A DNA stretch of 64,000 nt, taken from NCBI GenBank assembly GCA_043228905.1, contig JBHGNT010000012.1, forward strand, positions 13,888,001-13,952,000, in the 5' to 3' direction. Position 1 is the stretch's first letter, and every line of letters begins with the position of its first letter. The notes beneath the pieces are model-generated. The model did not search any database and was not told the origin of the DNA. It worked only from the letters and a program-made list of their open reading frames with translations. Positions 60,995 through 64,000 of the stretch are shown here, in pieces. This DNA comes from Azolla caroliniana (taxonomy: Eukaryota > Plantae > Polypodiophyta). The position numbers were made by a program, and so were the translations under genes.

Positions 60995-62896
60995 ATGAAG
61001 CTGGACGAGGAATATCTAATGAAGGCAATGTCAAAGATGATGATGGAGTTTTCAAGCGAAGGGAAAACACGACATGCGGCCCAACAAGCCGTTGAAAGCA
61101 TGATCAAGCGAGTCGGGTTTTTCGATGGAGGCAAAGTCCAAAAATTTCTAAAGGCCTACAATGCCGAAATGGATTCAAGAGGAGCGGAGGAAGCAATGAG
61201 GCTGGAGTACTTTTGTCGAGTGGTGGCCGAACCAATCTTCGAAGAGATTAAAGAGATTCAAAAAACTCACGATTCGTGGGTGTCCTTCAAAGAAGCTTTA
61301 CGAGAGTCATATGGTTACGAAGAGCAAAAGGGACGAGGTCTGTATGAGTTTCACGAATGGGTGTCATCGAGAAAGACCCACCAGAGTGCTATGCATGCAT
61401 TCGTTGAGTTTGAGTATCGCTTCGCTCAACTCTCGGACCGGGATCGAAGATTGGTGGGGGTGAATAAAGTTCTGATGTTTGTAAAGTCAATCGATCGGAA
61501 TGAAAGGAAGACCATTGGAATCCAACTCGAGGATGACAATGGTGAAAATGGCCTCACTGAGGATTGGGCCAAAGTGGAAAGGGTATGCCGACAACACGAT
61601 AAGAGGGAGATGAGACTCTCATCGACAACAACACGACCCACAAGGGATGTTCAAATGAGAATGGGATGTGGCAATAAAAACCCACTGAAGGAAGAAAGCT
61701 CGAAGAGGGAAGCTTCGAAAGAACTCAACATAGAAGCCTTGATGAGAGAGGCAATAATGAACTTAAAGGCACAAGTCGAGGTTGAAGAGAAGCTGAAAAC
61801 AAAACCAAGGAAAATGGTGATCGACGAAGAGGAGACCTCCCGACAAATGCAAACTAATGGTACAGCCAATACGAAGGCCCAGGTTTGGTATGACAGTACC
61901 ATGGGAGAAGGTGTGAAACAAGCCACCTTCTCAACTTATGGAGGAACGACGGTTGAGAGAAGGGCCGAAGACTCGAGAGCGGGAAATGCTGCTTTAAGAG
62001 TGGACGAGCATTTCAGAACACATGCTGTGTCCGAAATATCGAGTAATGAAGGTGCAAGCATGAGGGAAGCTTGCGTGATCAAGGGATGTAAAGAGTGCGA
62101 GCTCGACGTGATTGAGGCGGTAGCCACGAGAAACGACATCAAGTCGCAGATGGCTAAGGAAGAGTTCACGGCGGATGACCGTGTCGAGACTTTCCCAACA
62201 CTTGATCTAGAGACTTGGGAAGTTGCGTCCGAGAGCCAACATGAGACCCAAGAGACGGAAAGTGGTGGGGAAGAAAATATTGAAGACAATGCGAATAACA
62301 ACATTGAGCGAAAGATGGCTACGGATGAGAAGACGGTGACCGATGGTGTCGAGGTTCTCCCCACATTTCTTCCTGAGACTTCGGCAGTTGTGCCCGAGTA
62401 TCAACGTGAGACCGGAGAGACGGAAGGTGACGGCAAGAAATCGAAGGACCAAAGTGGCAATGAGGACGATAACCACAGACGAAGGGATCCCTCCACACTG
62501 GTTCCGAAGACTTCGGCAGTTGTGCCCGAGAGCCAACGTCAAACCGGAGAGATGGAAGGTGGCAGCGAGGAGATGAGGGTCGAAGCCGGCGCATACAGAG
62601 GAACGGTTGCCAACAAGGAGGCCAAAAACAAAGCTACAATAGAGTTCGATGAAGAGCCAAAGAGCGGCAAGAAAGGAAGAACCGGAATACAATCCGGATG
62701 GAAGATGACTCGGTTGGTATTCCGACCCGAACGGAAGCCGACCCGGACGAGAGTTGATCAACCAGGCCCGACCCAACTGAAAACCGGACAGAAACTAACC
62801 CGGACGAAAGTCGATCATCTAAGTCCAATTCGGCCGAATGTGAATCCGAACGAAGGCCGACCAAGCCAGAAGTTGATTGGTCGAGATCGATCCTGA
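60995..62896 (+). CDS. Gag-like protein, 633 aa, open frame; capsid-like N-terminus plus a repetitive acidic tail
   Basis: FFDGGKVQKFLKAYNAEM..RLEYFCRVV..SWVSFKEALRESYG..KVLMFVKSID..GLTEDWAKV, homologous to 37299-38669. No CCHC knuckle and no protease motif were seen. Confidence 0.85.
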   Translation: MKLDEEYLMKAMSKMMMEFSSEGKTRHAAQQAVESMIKRVGFFDGGKVQKFLKAYNAEMDSRGAEEAMRLEYFCRVVAEPIFEEIKEIQKTHDSWVSFKEALRESYGYEEQKGRGLYEFHEWVSSRKTHQSAMHAFVEFEYRFAQLSDRDRRLVGVNKVLMFVKSIDRNERKTIGIQLEDDNGENGLTEDWAKVERVCRQHDKREMRLSSTTTRPTRDVQMRMGCGNKNPLKEESSKREASKELNIEALMREAIMNLKAQVEVEEKLKTKPRKMVIDEEETSRQMQTNGTANTKAQVWYDSTMGEGVKQATFSTYGGTTVERRAEDSRAGNAALRVDEHFRTHAVSEISSNEGASMREACVIKGCKECELDVIEAVATRNDIKSQMAKEEFTADDRVETFPTLDLETWEVASESQHETQETESGGEENIEDNANNNIERKMATDEKTVTDGVEVLPTFLPETSAVVPEYQRETGETEGDGKKSKDQSGNEDDNHRRRDPSTLVPKTSAVVPESQRQTGEMEGGSEEMRVEAGAYRGTVANKEAKNKATIEFDEEPKSGKKGRTGIQSGWKMTRLVFRPERKPTRTRVDQPGPTQLKTGQKLTRTKVDHLSPIRPNVNPNEGRPSQKLIGRDRS

Positions 62897-64000
62897 CAGA
62901 AGTTGAGCCGGCCGAGACAGAGGTCGAAGCAAACGAGCCACGACATCCAGTCAAGGTTGTTGAGCATAAGGAAAGGCAAGCATGAGACGAGAAAGGATGA
63001 TAAAGGAAAGTTAAGTGACCAAGGAGATGGCCGAGATGAAGGTGGCACATGCACGAGGCATGAAGCGTTATGCTCGGGAGTAGCACAGGGAGCCATGACA
63101 ACTAGACATGGCAATAAAAAAGGTGAGCGAATGATATGGTGGATCGGATGGCAACGACAGTTCGAAGTAGACGACAAAAAGACGGTGCAGACGAGGCACA
63201 AGAAAGGAGGAAATCAAACACCAACCACCTTTGACCCTTCCACATCACTCTTTTCTTCTTGGCACATACCGGAGGATGTGCGGTTTGGTGGGGGTGGATG
63301 TCGTGATGTGGCATGTCTAGTGCGAGAAAAACTCAAAAATTGAGGATCCACACACATTTCACGAATACTTGTAAAAATGAAAATAAATAAACCTAGGTCA
63401 CAATGGCATTGAGTGCATGTAGAGGGTTGCAAGTAGGATTTGAACCTTGCACCTCTAAGGTAAGAGGCAATTACCTTACCACTAAAGCTACTACTAAGTG
63501 CTTTAGATGTTCTATATTTCTTTCTCATATTCAGTATTCCGTAGGAAACGAACGAACAAAACCGTGTACACAAAACCACGGTTTTAAGCCCATGGTTTCC
63601 TACATGTCACAAAGAAAAACTGTGTGCACAGAAACCATGGCTCCAAGCCCATGGTTTTGTGCATGTACAAACCTATAAAACCCCTAGTACGGCTTGTGTA
63701 AGGGGGGGCTCAATATGATATGACCATCATCATCACCATCAATAATATAAGCTTCTATTTCTTCTTCTTCGCATCTATCTTGTAATTATTTATCTACTTC
63801 TGAAAGTGTACAATCTTCAATCTTCTCAAGTGTAATAGGTCTTCCTCCAATCTTACATTCACATCGTCCTCTTCTCAATACCTTGACGGACATCCTCCTT
63901 GGTCCAAGACCCCAGTGATCCCGCTCAAGCGAAGCACGCTCGCACGCGCATCTTCGTGACAACGGAACGGGAAGCTCTAGGGATGATCTACAGTGTGACA

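Larger units (their letters stand above)
60293..63961 (+). mobile_element. Intact non-autonomous gag-only LTR retrotransposon (TR-GAG-like) with 663-bp LTRs, tRNA-Trp PBS and 4-bp TSD ACGG
   Basis: LTRs 60293-60955 and 63299-63961 differ by about 9 substitutions (counted by eye). The PBS is at 60962-60979 and PPT GGTGGGGGTGGA at 63287-63298. ACGG occurs at 60289-60292 and 63962-63965. No pol is present. Confidence 0.95.
57127..64000 (+). mobile_element. Internally deleted Ty3/gypsy element related to 1-5766; 5' LTR 57127-57562; runs off the right edge
   Basis: TGTTAC...TTAACA is followed by a truncated PBS (TGGCGACCA). Motifs: Zn knuckle CYYCRQEGHYSNQC, protease VIDGGSGVNVI, RT with a deletion at about 59705 (HQI|IPAFMQVFLDDF), and RNase H VFVDASDIAIG..YSTT|EREALGMIYSV. 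Confidence 0.9.

Noticed and set aside
60985-60997. Shine-Dalgarno-like GGAGG before both gag ATGs
   Set aside because: It abuts the ATG with no spacer and lies in a nuclear retroelement, so it is more simply a conserved leader sequence.

Overview
This is eukaryotic, land-plant-like DNA. The TE content suggests a non-seed plant (moss, lycophyte or fern), but that is inference. Most of the window is nested, mostly degenerate transposons. There are three Ty3/gypsy elements (one with a chromodomain), four Ty1/copia elements, several solo LTRs, two gag-only LTR elements primed by tRNA-Trp, and three pieces of RTE/RTEX-type LINEs. One intact host gene is present: a 4-exon plastid Lilium/ACHT-type thioredoxin at 52452-54804. 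Three observations stand out. (1) A decayed DNA transposon pairs a Sola-like DDD transposase, ending in a BAH-like domain, head-to-head with a ParB/Srx-fold gene. About 30 kb away lies a spliced fragment of a bacterial-type beta-class amino-DNA methyltransferase (DIPYG motif). Together these suggest a mobile 'transposase + ParB-MTase' system. (2) An LTR family with TGTCG...CGACA ends makes 4-bp TSDs with a central CpG (RCGN) at all seven sites that can be scored. (3) Several of those LTRs carry an antisense tRNA-derived box A/box B cassette and share a conserved U5 motif. All calls come from reading and translating by eye; no database searches were run.
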